Shown here: piece after piece, positions 23,727-32,665 of the stretch | Position numbering within the stretch: the stretch's first letter is position 1 | Layout: each line of letters starts with the position of its first letter | Assembly: GCA_025964065.1 (NCBI GenBank) | Contig: JAOPZO010000087.1 | Span: forward strand, 1 to 33,736 | Reading direction: 5' to 3' | Source of the DNA: Solirubrobacterales bacterium | Lineage (GTDB): Bacteria > Actinomycetota > Thermoleophilia > Solirubrobacterales > Solirubrobacteraceae | Length of the DNA stretch: 33,736 nucleotides | Translations under genes and position numbers: made by a program | Notes under the pieces: model-generated | Told to the model about the DNA's origin: nothing | The model's input: only the letters and a program-made list of their open reading frames with translations | The model's database searches: none

Positions 23727-26690
23727 GTGCTCATCAACATCTCGGTGCTGGGCGCGCTCGAGGTCACGCGCGACGGTGAGTTCGTGCCGATCCCGGGTGG
23801 CAAGACCGGTGAGCTGCTCGTGCGCCTCGCACTCGACGCCGGGACCTTCGTGCGGACGGACCTGATCGTCGAGGACCTCTGGGCCGAGAGCGCGGTGACC
23901 ACGCGCCGCAACACCCTGCAGTCGAAGGTCGCAAGGCTCCGGCGCGCTCTGGGCGAGCCCGGAGTCATCGTGAGCGGTGACGGCGGGTACACCCTCGCCG
24001 TCGACCCGTCCGACGTCGACGCGCTCAGCGTGCTCCGCGACACCGCCATCGCCGGTGACCTGCTCGACGCGGGCGAGGACCGTCGTGCGGCCGAGCGGAG
24101 CGCCTCGGCGCTCGGGCGCTTCCACGGGGAGCTGCTCCGGGGCGCGGGCGCCTGGGCCACGCCGTATCGCTCCCGCCTCGACGACGCGCGGCTGGAGCTC
24201 GTCGAGACGCGGTTCGGGGCGCGGGTGCAGCTCGGCGGTGCTGGTGACCTGATCGGTGAGCTCGAAGCCGCCGTGGCGGCGGCGCCCTACCGGGAGGGAC
24301 TGTGGGAGCTGCTGATCACCGCGCAGTACCGCGCGGGCCGTCAGGCCGATGCCCTGGCCAGCGGTCGGCGGATACGCGCGATCCTGCAGGACGAGCTGGG
24401 CCTCGATCCGGGACCCCGCCTGCAGGAGCTCGAGCGACGCATCCTGGTGCAGGACGTCGCCCTGGGCGTCGGCCCCCGCTCGACGCGGAGGCTCGAAGCC
24501 CACGCGGACGTCGGGAACCTTCCCTCGCTGCAGGCCGAGCTCATCGGCCGATCGGCAGAACTCGAGAGCCTGCTCGGCCTGCATGGGAACCACCGCCTCG
24601 TCGAGGTCGTCGGCCCGGGCGGCGTCGGCAAGACCGCGGTCGCCATCGCCGCCGGCCGCCGACTGCTCGACGCTCCGGGGACCGTTCCCGGCGGGGTGTG
24701 GCTGGCTCGGCTCGAGACCGCCTCGACGGCGGACGAGGTGCTCGACACGGTCATCGCGGCGTTGCACGTGGCCGGCGGGCAGGCGGCGCTCGTCGAGCGG
24801 CTCAGGAGCACCGCCACCGTCGTGATCCTCGACAACTGCGAGCACGTGCGCGAGGCCGCCGCGGCGGTCGCGACCCGCCTGCTCGACGCCGCCCCGGAGC
24901 TGCGCATCCTGTGCACGAGCCAGGTCCCCCTGGACGTGGACGGCGAGGCGGTCCTCCAGCTCGCGCCGCTTCCCCTGCACGAGGCCGTCGACTTGTTCAC
25001 GCGCCGAGCGGTGCGCCGGAACCGGTCGACGCCTGAGGAAGGCGACGATGCCGTCGAGGAGTTGTGTCGCGCCCTCGACGGCCTTCCCCTGGCCATCGAG
25101 CTCGCCGCGGCGCGGACGAGGACGCTGTCCGTCGCGGAGATCCGTCGCCGTCTCGACGACCGGTTCAGCGTCCTCAGCGACCCGACGAGTCGAAGACCCG
25201 AGCGCCTGCGGGCGCTGCGGGCGACCATCCGATGGAGCTACGAGCTCCTGTTCCCCGATGACAAGCGGGGCCTGTGGGCTTTGGCGACCTTCGCCGGCGA
25301 CGCGCCGCTTCCCGCGCTCGAGTCCGTGCTCGAAGCGCTTGAGGTGCCCGCATCGGCGTCCATCGACGTGATCGGGCGTCTCGCGAGCCGGTCGTTGCTC
25401 ATCGTCGACCACGACGGGCCGAGCGTCCGGTACCGGCTGCTCGAGAGCATTCGCGCCTTCGCGCTCGACGCCATGGCCGCCGAGGAGAGCAGCACGCAGG
25501 CCTTCCGCGCCCACGCCGCCTGGTACGCCGATGCGGCAGGGCGCTCCACCGAGGGGGTCCGTAGCCCCCGCCAGGCCGAGCACCTCGCCTTCGCCCGGGC
25601 CGAACGCGCGAACCTCGACGCCGCCCTGATCTGGAGTTCGACGCACGCGCCCCTGCTCGCCGTGCAGATCGTCACCGGCTTCGGCTGGGCCTGGATCGTG
25701 CTCGGCGACAGCAGAGGGGCGCAGCGGATCCTCAACGCCCTTGCGGCCGCCGGCGAGCAGGCGCCGCTGCACGACGTGACGAGCGCGTTGCTCCTCGCAG
25801 CGTGGCTCGAAGCGTCCACGGGGCGTCTCGAGGTCGCCCGGGGGCACGTCGCCGCGGCCGCGCACATCGCGCTCGGCCTCCAGGACGCAGAGCTTCAGGC
25901 GCGATGCAGCTCCCACGAGGCCTACATCGCATCCCACGCCGGCGACTTCGGCCTGGCGCTGGAGCTGACCGACCGCAGCGACGCGCTCTACGAGGGGCTC
26001 GACCGACCGTGGGACCAGGCGGCGAACTGGCTCTTCGCCGCCCGGGCGGCGAATTCGCTCGGCGATCGCAAGCGTGCGAACGAAGCGTGCGACCTGGTGG
26101 CGGAGTGGCTGCGCTCGATCGACGACCCTTGGCTCAACGTGCGCCACGAGGCGACGCTCGGTGAGCTGGCTCGCCTCGAAGGGCGGTTCGCCGATGCGGT
26201 CACCCACCTCGGTCGTGCGGCCGAGACGTCGGGCCGTCTCGGCTTCCGGCAGACCGAGGCGTTCCACGTCTTCAGCCTCGGGCGCGCGCAGTGCCAGGCC
26301 GGCGACGACGTGGAGGGCGTGGCGACGCTCCAGCTCGCACTGACGAAGGCCGAGGCCACGGGCGACCTGCGCCTCGCCGCACTCGTGCGCGTGCACGCCG
26401 GAGGCGTCCTGCGTGCCCTCGGACAGCCTGCCGCTGCGCGAGCGGTGCTCGACGAGGCAGCGGCGTGGCATCGCGCTGAGGGCGGCGGGGAGCAGTCCCT
26501 GCTCGGCGAGTGCCTGCTCGCGACGCTCGATGCGGAGGCGGGCATCGTGGGCGCCGCCGGGCGGCTCCTCAGGATCCTCGAGCAGGCGCGGCGTGTCGAG
26601 GACGCCCCGGTGGAGCTCCTCGCCCTGGACGCCCTGGACGCCCTGGGCCGCGCGGGCGCCCCGCGCCCGCGGGACGACCCCTCGCGTTGA
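23727..26690 (+). CDS. AfsR/SARP-family regulator: winged helix + BTAD + P-loop ATPase + TPR-like region, 987 aa
   Basis: SVLGALEV, PYREGLW...YRAGRQADAL, ELGLDPGPRL, Walker A GPGGVGKT, Walker B VILDNCEH, LDGLPLAIELAAAR, WSYELL. Confidence 0.92.
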   Translation: MLINISVLGALEVTRDGEFVPIPGGKTGELLVRLALDAGTFVRTDLIVEDLWAESAVTTRRNTLQSKVARLRRALGEPGVIVSGDGGYTLAVDPSDVDALSVLRDTAIAGDLLDAGEDRRAAERSASALGRFHGELLRGAGAWATPYRSRLDDARLELVETRFGARVQLGGAGDLIGELEAAVAAAPYREGLWELLITAQYRAGRQADALASGRRIRAILQDELGLDPGPRLQELERRILVQDVALGVGPRSTRRLEAHADVGNLPSLQAELIGRSAELESLLGLHGNHRLVEVVGPGGVGKTAVAIAAGRRLLDAPGTVPGGVWLARLETASTADEVLDTVIAALHVAGGQAALVERLRSTATVVILDNCEHVREAAAAVATRLLDAAPELRILCTSQVPLDVDGEAVLQLAPLPLHEAVDLFTRRAVRRNRSTPEEGDDAVEELCRALDGLPLAIELAAARTRTLSVAEIRRRLDDRFSVLSDPTSRRPERLRALRATIRWSYELLFPDDKRGLWALATFAGDAPLPALESVLEALEVPASASIDVIGRLASRSLLIVDHDGPSVRYRLLESIRAFALDAMAAEESSTQAFRAHAAWYADAAGRSTEGVRSPRQAEHLAFARAERANLDAALIWSSTHAPLLAVQIVTGFGWAWIVLGDSRGAQRILNALAAAGEQAPLHDVTSALLLAAWLEASTGRLEVARGHVAAAAHIALGLQDAELQARCSSHEAYIASHAGDFGLALELTDRSDALYEGLDRPWDQAANWLFAARAANSLGDRKRANEACDLVAEWLRSIDDPWLNVRHEATLGELARLEGRFADAVTHLGRAAETSGRLGFRQTEAFHVFSLGRAQCQAGDDVEGVATLQLALTKAEATGDLRLAALVRVHAGGVLRALGQPAAARAVLDEAAAWHRAEGGGEQSLLGECLLATLDAEAGIVGAAGRLLRILEQARRVEDAPVELLALDALDALGRAGAPRPRDDPSR

Positions 26691-27621
26691 GCACCACGAA
26701 GGCCAGGACTCCGCCGGCCACCACCGCGACGCCGGCCATCTGCCGGTGGTTGACGCCCTCTCCGAGGACCAGGAACCCCCACGTGACCGCGAGCGCCGGC
26801 TGCGCCACCTGCGCGATCCCGATCGTGCCGATCTGGATCGTCTCCTGCGCGTAGACGACGAGGCCCTGGGCGATGACGCCGCTCGTGCCGGCGAGGACCA
26901 GCATGAACGCCCACCCGGTGCCGCTCAGCCCGAAGACGCCGCCGTGGGCGAGGGCCAGCGGCAGCACCACCACCGTCGCGATCGGGCAGATCGTCGCCAT
27001 GAAGGTCGTGACGTCCATCTCCCTGCGCAGCCGCCTGGTCGACACGAGGTACGCCACGAGAAGCAGCATCGCGACGAAGCCGAACAGGTTGCCGCGAAGC
27101 GACGCGTCGCCGCCGGGTGACGCGCTCGCCAGCACCAGCGCCACGCCGCCGAAGGCGACCAGGGCGAACGCCAGCGCAGGCCAGGCGATCCGTTCACGGA
27201 ACAGCACGACACCGGCGGGCACGATGAGGAACGGCGCGAGGGACCCGATCAGAGCGGCGTTGGCGACGCTGTTGTGCGTCGCGCCGATGAAGAAGCAGGT
27301 GAGGTTCAACCCGAAGAGGACACCCGGCACGAGCACCTGCCGCACGTCGGCCGTCGTGACCCGACGCCCCGATGCGGCGAGCAGGAGGTTCCAGGCGACG
27401 CTCACCGTCACCATCCGCCAGAAGGCGAGCAGGATGCCCGGGGTGTCCGCGCGCTTCACCAGCGTCGAGCTCAGCGAGAACGCGAGGACCAGCCCGACGA
27501 CCGCGGCGGCCCCCAGGAGCCGCCGTCCGGCGCGAGGGGCTACGCGCCGTTCACGACGATGGGCCTCACGTGCCGCCGGTCGGGGAGCCCCAGAGCGATC
27601 CGGGTCGCGTCGGGCATCCAC
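26569..27621 (-). CDS. DMT/EamA-family transporter
   Basis: GGAGG RBS before GTG 27621, about 10 hydrophobic segments, SVANAALI...P...LFRE and QP...W..LVLGE. Its 3' end overlaps the SARP gene. Confidence 0.85.
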   Translation of the reverse strand: MDARRDPDRSGAPRPAAREAHRRERRVAPRAGRRLLGAAAVVGLVLAFSLSSTLVKRADTPGILLAFWRMVTVSVAWNLLLAASGRRVTTADVRQVLVPGVLFGLNLTCFFIGATHNSVANAALIGSLAPFLIVPAGVVLFRERIAWPALAFALVAFGGVALVLASASPGGDASLRGNLFGFVAMLLLVAYLVSTRRLRREMDVTTFMATICPIATVVVLPLALAHGGVFGLSGTGWAFMLVLAGTSGVIAQGLVVYAQETIQIGTIGIAQVAQPALAVTWGFLVLGEGVNHRQMAGVAVVAGGVLAFVVLNARGRPAGAGRPRGPGRPGRPGRGAPPGRPRHAAPARGS

Positions 27622-27731
27622 CGGCTCGCCTCCCCGTCAGCCGCATGAGCGCTTGACGCCGCGGGGCCCCGACGGCCGTCGTGTCGAGGCTCCTCCCTGC
27701 TGTCGATCGCAGGCGGCGAGGCGGACGAGCA

Positions 27732-28442
27732 TCAGGCGAGCTTCGGCGCGGGGAGGGGGCCGGAGTCCCGCTCGCCGTCGCGGACCGCCTCGTGCGGGCC
27801 CATGTCGAGGCGGAACGGCGGGTAGACGTCGGTCATGAGCGCGGCGTAGGCCACGACGCGCAGCACCCAGCGGTTCATGCCCATCACGAGGTCGAAGATC
27901 GGGCGGGGGTACCGGCCGGTGGTGAGGAGCGCCAGGCCGGCGAACAGGACGAGCAACCCCGAGAGCCCGCCGGCCCAGAGCCAGTTCGAGGCGTTGATGG
28001 CCGCCCAGGCGCCCCCGGTGAACACCGAGACGACCAGGTAGTGCGGGAGCGCGAGGAGCCACCACTTCACGAGCACGAGCCCGCGCGAGAGCTCCCGCGG
28101 GTAGGTCACGTGCAGCTGCGTCGGGTAGTCCGGCTCCTCGCCGAGGGAGAACGGCGGGTAGCGGTCGGTTCCGAGCGCGCTGTAGGAGTAGAAGCCGACC
28201 CGCCAGGACCAGCGCAGGACCCCCACGTTGAAGTCGAAGAGCGCGCGTGGGTAGCGGCCGGTGAAGAGGATCGCGAGGAACGCGACCACCGTCAGGCCCA
28301 CGAACGCGACCGCCAGGAAGACCAGCGCGACGATGTGGGGCACGAGGAGCAGCCACTTCACGAGCCAGAGGCCACGGTTGAGGTTCGGCGCGAGGTCGCC
28401 CTCGACCTTCAGCGGGTACGTCCCTGCGGTGCCGGTCGTCAT
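27732..28442 (-). CDS. DUF4389-domain membrane protein (two repeats), 236 aa
   Basis: GGAG RBS. Duplicated LVKW.L..PH / TGRYPR..FD / RW..RV..Y...TD.YPPF units. Confidence 0.85.
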   Translation of the reverse strand: MTTGTAGTYPLKVEGDLAPNLNRGLWLVKWLLLVPHIVALVFLAVAFVGLTVVAFLAILFTGRYPRALFDFNVGVLRWSWRVGFYSYSALGTDRYPPFSLGEEPDYPTQLHVTYPRELSRGLVLVKWWLLALPHYLVVSVFTGGAWAAINASNWLWAGGLSGLLVLFAGLALLTTGRYPRPIFDLVMGMNRWVLRVVAYAALMTDVYPPFRLDMGPHEAVRDGERDSGPLPAPKLA

Positions 28443-28841
28443 GGCGCTCTCCGTCTGTGGGGTGGGCGACGCGCACCGACGCGACGCGATCACATGCGCC
28501 GCCGACGTCATCGTGGGCCTGCGCGAGGTGCACGTCTCGAGCGGCCGGCGTGGGAGCCGACCGGACGGTCGGAGTCGCAACATCCGCGTCCGCGTACTGC
28601 TGGACGACGCGTCTTCCGTCCTACACAAGCGGACGCAAGAAGTCAACGCCCGAGCCGCGGCTCTCCTCCATCTCGAGGCCTCGGTGGGGGCGAGGTGCTG
28701 CATGACCGGCTTGCCGTGCCTGCCGCCACGCCCTGGCACCTGGACGGTCTTGCCGCGCCCCCCTTGTGCACGGGGCGCATCCCGGTAGTTTGGGCGGCGC
28801 GGATGCGCGCTCACGCCACCGCGGACGAGAGACGGTACGCC

Positions 28842-31793
28842 ATGTGCAGGTTCGCGGGGACCGGCCGGGGCCACGCCGTCAGGACGCTCGGCGCCGCCCT
28901 CGGAGCGCTGGCCGTGCTGGGCGCACCGTCGTCGGCCGCGGCGGTCGACGCGACGCCGTTGGACACCTGGGTGGTCGACGGGGACGTCTCCGCGATGGCG
29001 ATCGCGGGCAACACCGCGTACCTGGGCGGCGCGTTCAGCCAGATCGGGCCCCGGACCGGTCCCGGCGTCGGCCTGGACGCCGTCACGGGGAAGGACCGCG
29101 GCTTCCCGATGGTCGAGCGCGACGGTTCGCCGGCCTTCGTGAGGGTCGTCGTCCCGGACGGTTCGGGCGGCTTCTACCTCGGCGGCTTGTTCGACACCGT
29201 CGGCGGCCAGCCGCGCAGGAACGCCGCGCGCGTGCTCGCCGACGGGTCCGTCGCGGCCTGGAACCCGAACGTCAGCGGGCTCGTCGCCGCGCTCGCTCGC
29301 TCGGGCTCGACCGTGTACCTCGGTGGCGGCTTCGCGGGGGCCAACGCCGTCAACGGCTCGCTCACGCGCGACAATGCCGCGGCGGTCGACGCCACTTCGG
29401 GCGTCGCCACCGCATGGGATCCCGACCTGAACGGCGCCGTCGCGGCCATCGCCGTCGCCGGGTCGACGGTCTACCTCGGGGGCGCCTTCGCGGGGGCCAA
29501 CGCCGTCAACGGCACCCTGACCCGCAACCGCCTCGCGGCGGTCGACGCGGCCACGGCCGTGGCGCTTCCCTGGGACCCGAACGCGAACAACACCGTGAAC
29601 AGCCTTGCCGTCTCGGGGGCCTCGGTGTTCATCGGCGGCAACTTCTCCGGCGCCGCGGCGATCGACGGCAAGGCGCGCACCCGGGTGGCCGCCGTCGACG
29701 GCGAGACCGGCGTGGCCACGACCTTCGCCCCTCAGGTCAACGGCACGGTCAGCACGCTGGCGGTCCTGGGCTCCGATCTGTACATCGGCGGGGCCTTCTC
29801 CTCCGTGGGCGGCGCCGCTCGCCACAACGCGGCAGCGGTCGACGTCCCCTCGGGCGGCGGTGTGACGAGCTGGGCTCCCGAGCCCAACAATCGGGTCTAC
29901 GACCTCACGCTCTCGGGCTCGACCGTGTACCTCGCGGGCGACTTCGGCGTCCTCGGCGGCCGGCCGCGCTCCTTCCTCGGCGCCGTGAGCGCGATCACGG
30001 GCGCGGTGACGGACTTCGACCCGCACGCGAGCTCCGCCGCCACGTCGGTGGCGGTGGCGGACTCCACCGTCTACGCGGGCGGCCAGTTCGCCATGGTCAA
30101 CTCCGTGCCCCGCAGGAACGCCGCCGCCGTCGACCTCACCACGGGCGAGGCGACCGCCTGGGATCCGGGGATCACGGCGCCGAGGGCCGGGGACCAGGTG
30201 CGCTCCCCCGTCACCTCGCTTGCGGTAGCGGGGGCCACCGTCTACATCGGCGGCGGCTTCCACGGACCGGGGTCGGTCAACCAATCGGCGCTGCGCAACC
30301 ACGTCGCCGCGGTCGACGCGACCACTGGCCTGGTGCAGCCGTGGAACCCCAACCCGGACGGTGCAGTACTCAAGATCAAGCCCGCCGGCTCGACCGTCTT
30401 CCTCAGCGGCTACTTCGGGAGCCTCAGCCCGAGCGTGGGCGGGGGGCGCGCCCAGATGGGCGCCGCGGAGGTCTCCGCGGGGTCGGGCGCCCTGACCGGC
30501 TGGAACCCGAAGCCCGACGGTCTCGTCACCGACATGGCCCTGTCGGCCTCGCAGGTCTATCTCGCCGGCACGTTCCTTCATCTCGACACCCGTCCCCGGT
30601 CGACCGTCGGCGCGGTCGATCGCACGACCGCCGTGGCGACGAGCTGGGAGCCCGTCGTCACAGGCACCCGTGGAGGCTTCGGCGGGCCGAGCGGCGTGGT
30701 GGTCTCCCTCGCTGTGTCGGGTTCGACGGTGTACCTCGGCGGCCTCTTCACCGCCATCAGCGGCGTGCCACGGAACAACGGGGGCGCCGTCGACGCCACC
30801 ACGGGCGCCGTCAGCGCGTGGAACCCCAACTTCGTGTCCTACGTCCTAAGTCTCACCGCCGCGGGCGGGACGGTCTATGCCTCCGGCATGTTCGGCGGGC
30901 CGACGGCGGTCAACGGCAATGTCGAACGCAACTTCGTCGCGGCCCTGGATGCCACCACCGGCACCGCGGTGGCCCCGGATTTCCGCGCCCCGAATCTGGT
31001 CGGCATGGTGACCGCGGATGATGGCCTCGTCGGGATAACGGGATTCGGCGTGCCCGGTGGAGGGTGGGGTTCGTTCGGCACGCGGGGCAGCTTTGCGATC
31101 CTCGGGACCGCGCCCGCCATCACGGCCCAGGCCGCCGACCGCACGGCGGACGCGGGCACCGATGCGACGTTCACCGTGGCCGCCTCCGGCGCCCCGGCCC
31201 CGACGCTTCAGTGGCAGCAGTCCTCCGACGGCGGGGCGACCTTCAGCGACCTCGCGGGTCAGACCGGGGCGTCCCTCACCGTCTCGGACGTCACGGCCGC
31301 GCAGAGCGGCCGGCGCTATCGCCTCAGGGCGCGCAGCCTCGCCGGGACCGCGCTCAGCGCTCCTGCGACGCTCACCGTGGCCGCGGCCCCGGCACCTGGA
31401 CCGGCGCCGCCCGTCCAGGCACCCCCGACCGCGGCGCCGCCGACCCCTACGGTTCCGCCGGCGCCCGTCGCCGGCCGCGTCAAGCTGGTCACCCGTACGG
31501 CGACCATCACCAAAGGGGTCGCCCGCGTGATCCTCAGCTGCACTGGGGCGACCGCCTGCACCGGTCGGGTGAGGCTCACGGTCCTCGGGACGAAGGGCAA
31601 GCGCATCCCGATCGCCGCCGCCACCTACTCGATCAAGGCGGGCAAGCGCTCGACGCTCCGCCTGCGGGTCAGCAGTCGCAACCAGAAACTGCTGTTCCGC
31701 CTGCGTAACCGGCGCGGCACCGCCGCGACGTTGACCCCGAAGTCAAGCCCGGCCCTCGCGACCACCCTCACGCTGAAGCGAGCGAAGCGCTAG
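28842..31793 (+). CDS. Large secreted protein: about 14 beta-propeller-like repeats + Ig-like domain + Pro linker + basic C-terminal domain, about 983 aa
   Basis: Signal peptide ending SSAAA. Repeats of the form V..LA..GSTVYLGG.F....R.N.AAVDA.TG....W.P. Ig-like APAITAQ...LQWQ...YR...ATLTV (31110-31379). The start could instead be ATG 28803. Confidence 0.85.
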   Translation: MCRFAGTGRGHAVRTLGAALGALAVLGAPSSAAAVDATPLDTWVVDGDVSAMAIAGNTAYLGGAFSQIGPRTGPGVGLDAVTGKDRGFPMVERDGSPAFVRVVVPDGSGGFYLGGLFDTVGGQPRRNAARVLADGSVAAWNPNVSGLVAALARSGSTVYLGGGFAGANAVNGSLTRDNAAAVDATSGVATAWDPDLNGAVAAIAVAGSTVYLGGAFAGANAVNGTLTRNRLAAVDAATAVALPWDPNANNTVNSLAVSGASVFIGGNFSGAAAIDGKARTRVAAVDGETGVATTFAPQVNGTVSTLAVLGSDLYIGGAFSSVGGAARHNAAAVDVPSGGGVTSWAPEPNNRVYDLTLSGSTVYLAGDFGVLGGRPRSFLGAVSAITGAVTDFDPHASSAATSVAVADSTVYAGGQFAMVNSVPRRNAAAVDLTTGEATAWDPGITAPRAGDQVRSPVTSLAVAGATVYIGGGFHGPGSVNQSALRNHVAAVDATTGLVQPWNPNPDGAVLKIKPAGSTVFLSGYFGSLSPSVGGGRAQMGAAEVSAGSGALTGWNPKPDGLVTDMALSASQVYLAGTFLHLDTRPRSTVGAVDRTTAVATSWEPVVTGTRGGFGGPSGVVVSLAVSGSTVYLGGLFTAISGVPRNNGGAVDATTGAVSAWNPNFVSYVLSLTAAGGTVYASGMFGGPTAVNGNVERNFVAALDATTGTAVAPDFRAPNLVGMVTADDGLVGITGFGVPGGGWGSFGTRGSFAILGTAPAITAQAADRTADAGTDATFTVAASGAPAPTLQWQQSSDGGATFSDLAGQTGASLTVSDVTAAQSGRRYRLRARSLAGTALSAPATLTVAAAPAPGPAPPVQAPPTAAPPTPTVPPAPVAGRVKLVTRTATITKGVARVILSCTGATACTGRVRLTVLGTKGKRIPIAAATYSIKAGKRSTLRLRVSSRNQKLLFRLRNRRGTAATLTPKSSPALATTLTLKRAKR

Positions 31794-32008
31794 CCGGAGG
31801 GCGCACGCCGGACACCGGCCGGGGCGGCGACGTCCTGCTGCTGTGCTCGGATGAGCTTTCCGAACCAGCGAACGCGGCGGCCCTCGTCTCCTTCCTCGCG
31901 CGTGGCCGAGCACGCCGATCGGCCCGCCGTGAGGCGGGCCGCCGGCGCTTCGTCGCTGCGGCCACAGCTGCCCCCACGTCGCGTCGACGGCCCGGACGCA
32001 GCGACCCG

Positions 32009-32040
32009 CTCATCTCCACCTCATGTCCCTGCAGCAGGCT
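32009..32040 (+). promoter_or_regulatory. CTCAT-N6-CTCAT direct repeat, then N10 and -10-like CAGGCT; leaderless dedA promoter
   Basis: CTCAT at 32009 and 32020, CAGGCT at 32035-32040, ATG at 32047. Confidence 0.6.
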
Positions 32041-32046
32041 GGCTCC

Positions 32047-32637
32047 ATGCTCATTCCAGTCCCCGCGGCCCTCGGCTACCCAGCACTCGGCGCCCTGGTC
32101 TTCGGCGAATCGACCGGTCTGCCGGTGCCGGGAGAGACCGCGTTGATCACCGCGGGCGGCCTGGCCGCGGCGGGGCACCTCGCGCTGCCCGTCGTCGTCG
32201 TCATCGCGATCGTCGCCGCCGTCACCGGCGATACGCTCGGCTACTGGATCGGACGCAGACGCGGACGAGCGTTCCTGCTGCGCGACGGGTTCATGGCCGA
32301 CCACCGTCGCCGTGCCGTCACCCGAGCCGACCGCTTCTTCGCACGTCGTGGAACGGCGACGGTCTTCGTCAGCCGCTTCATCCCCGGCGTGCGCGTCGTC
32401 GCCGCGGTCATGGCCGGCGCGACCCGGATGCCATGGCGGCGCTTCGCGCTGGCCAACACGCTCGGCGCGATCGTCTGGGCCACCACGGTCGCCGGTCTGG
32501 CCTACCTGCTCGGTCCGTCGGGGGCAGCGATGCTCGCCGTCGGCGGCCTGGCCTTCGGCGGCCTGGCGCTGACCGGCGGCTGGTGGCGCCAGCGCCGCCG
32601 CGGGTCGACGCCTCGGTCGGTGGCAGCCAGCGCGTGA
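32047..32637 (+). CDS. dedA: DedA-family membrane protein, 196 aa
   Basis: ESTGLPVPGET, GDTLGYWIGR, SRFIPGVR, AGATRMPWRRF...N..GA.VW. Confidence 0.93.
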   Translation: MLIPVPAALGYPALGALVFGESTGLPVPGETALITAGGLAAAGHLALPVVVVIAIVAAVTGDTLGYWIGRRRGRAFLLRDGFMADHRRRAVTRADRFFARRGTATVFVSRFIPGVRVVAAVMAGATRMPWRRFALANTLGAIVWATTVAGLAYLLGPSGAAMLAVGGLAFGGLALTGGWWRQRRRGSTPRSVAASA

Positions 32638-32665
32638 GGCCGGCTGGAGCCGCGCTCACGCGCAC

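Noticed and set aside
23727-26690. NTPase-TPR protein as an antiphage STAND/Avs system
   Set aside because: The N-terminus is a winged helix plus BTAD transcription-activation module with a matching operator, not a nuclease or other effector.
28618-28646. TTGACT-N17-TAGGAC on the minus strand upstream of the DUF4389 gene; possible structured RNA in 28443-28841
   Set aside because: The -10 lacks the conserved final T and no riboswitch consensus is recognisable by eye. A covariance-model search would be needed.
31794-32008. Possible small minus-strand ORF or gene relic between the propeller gene and dedA
   Set aside because: No convincing start, RBS or recognisable motif.
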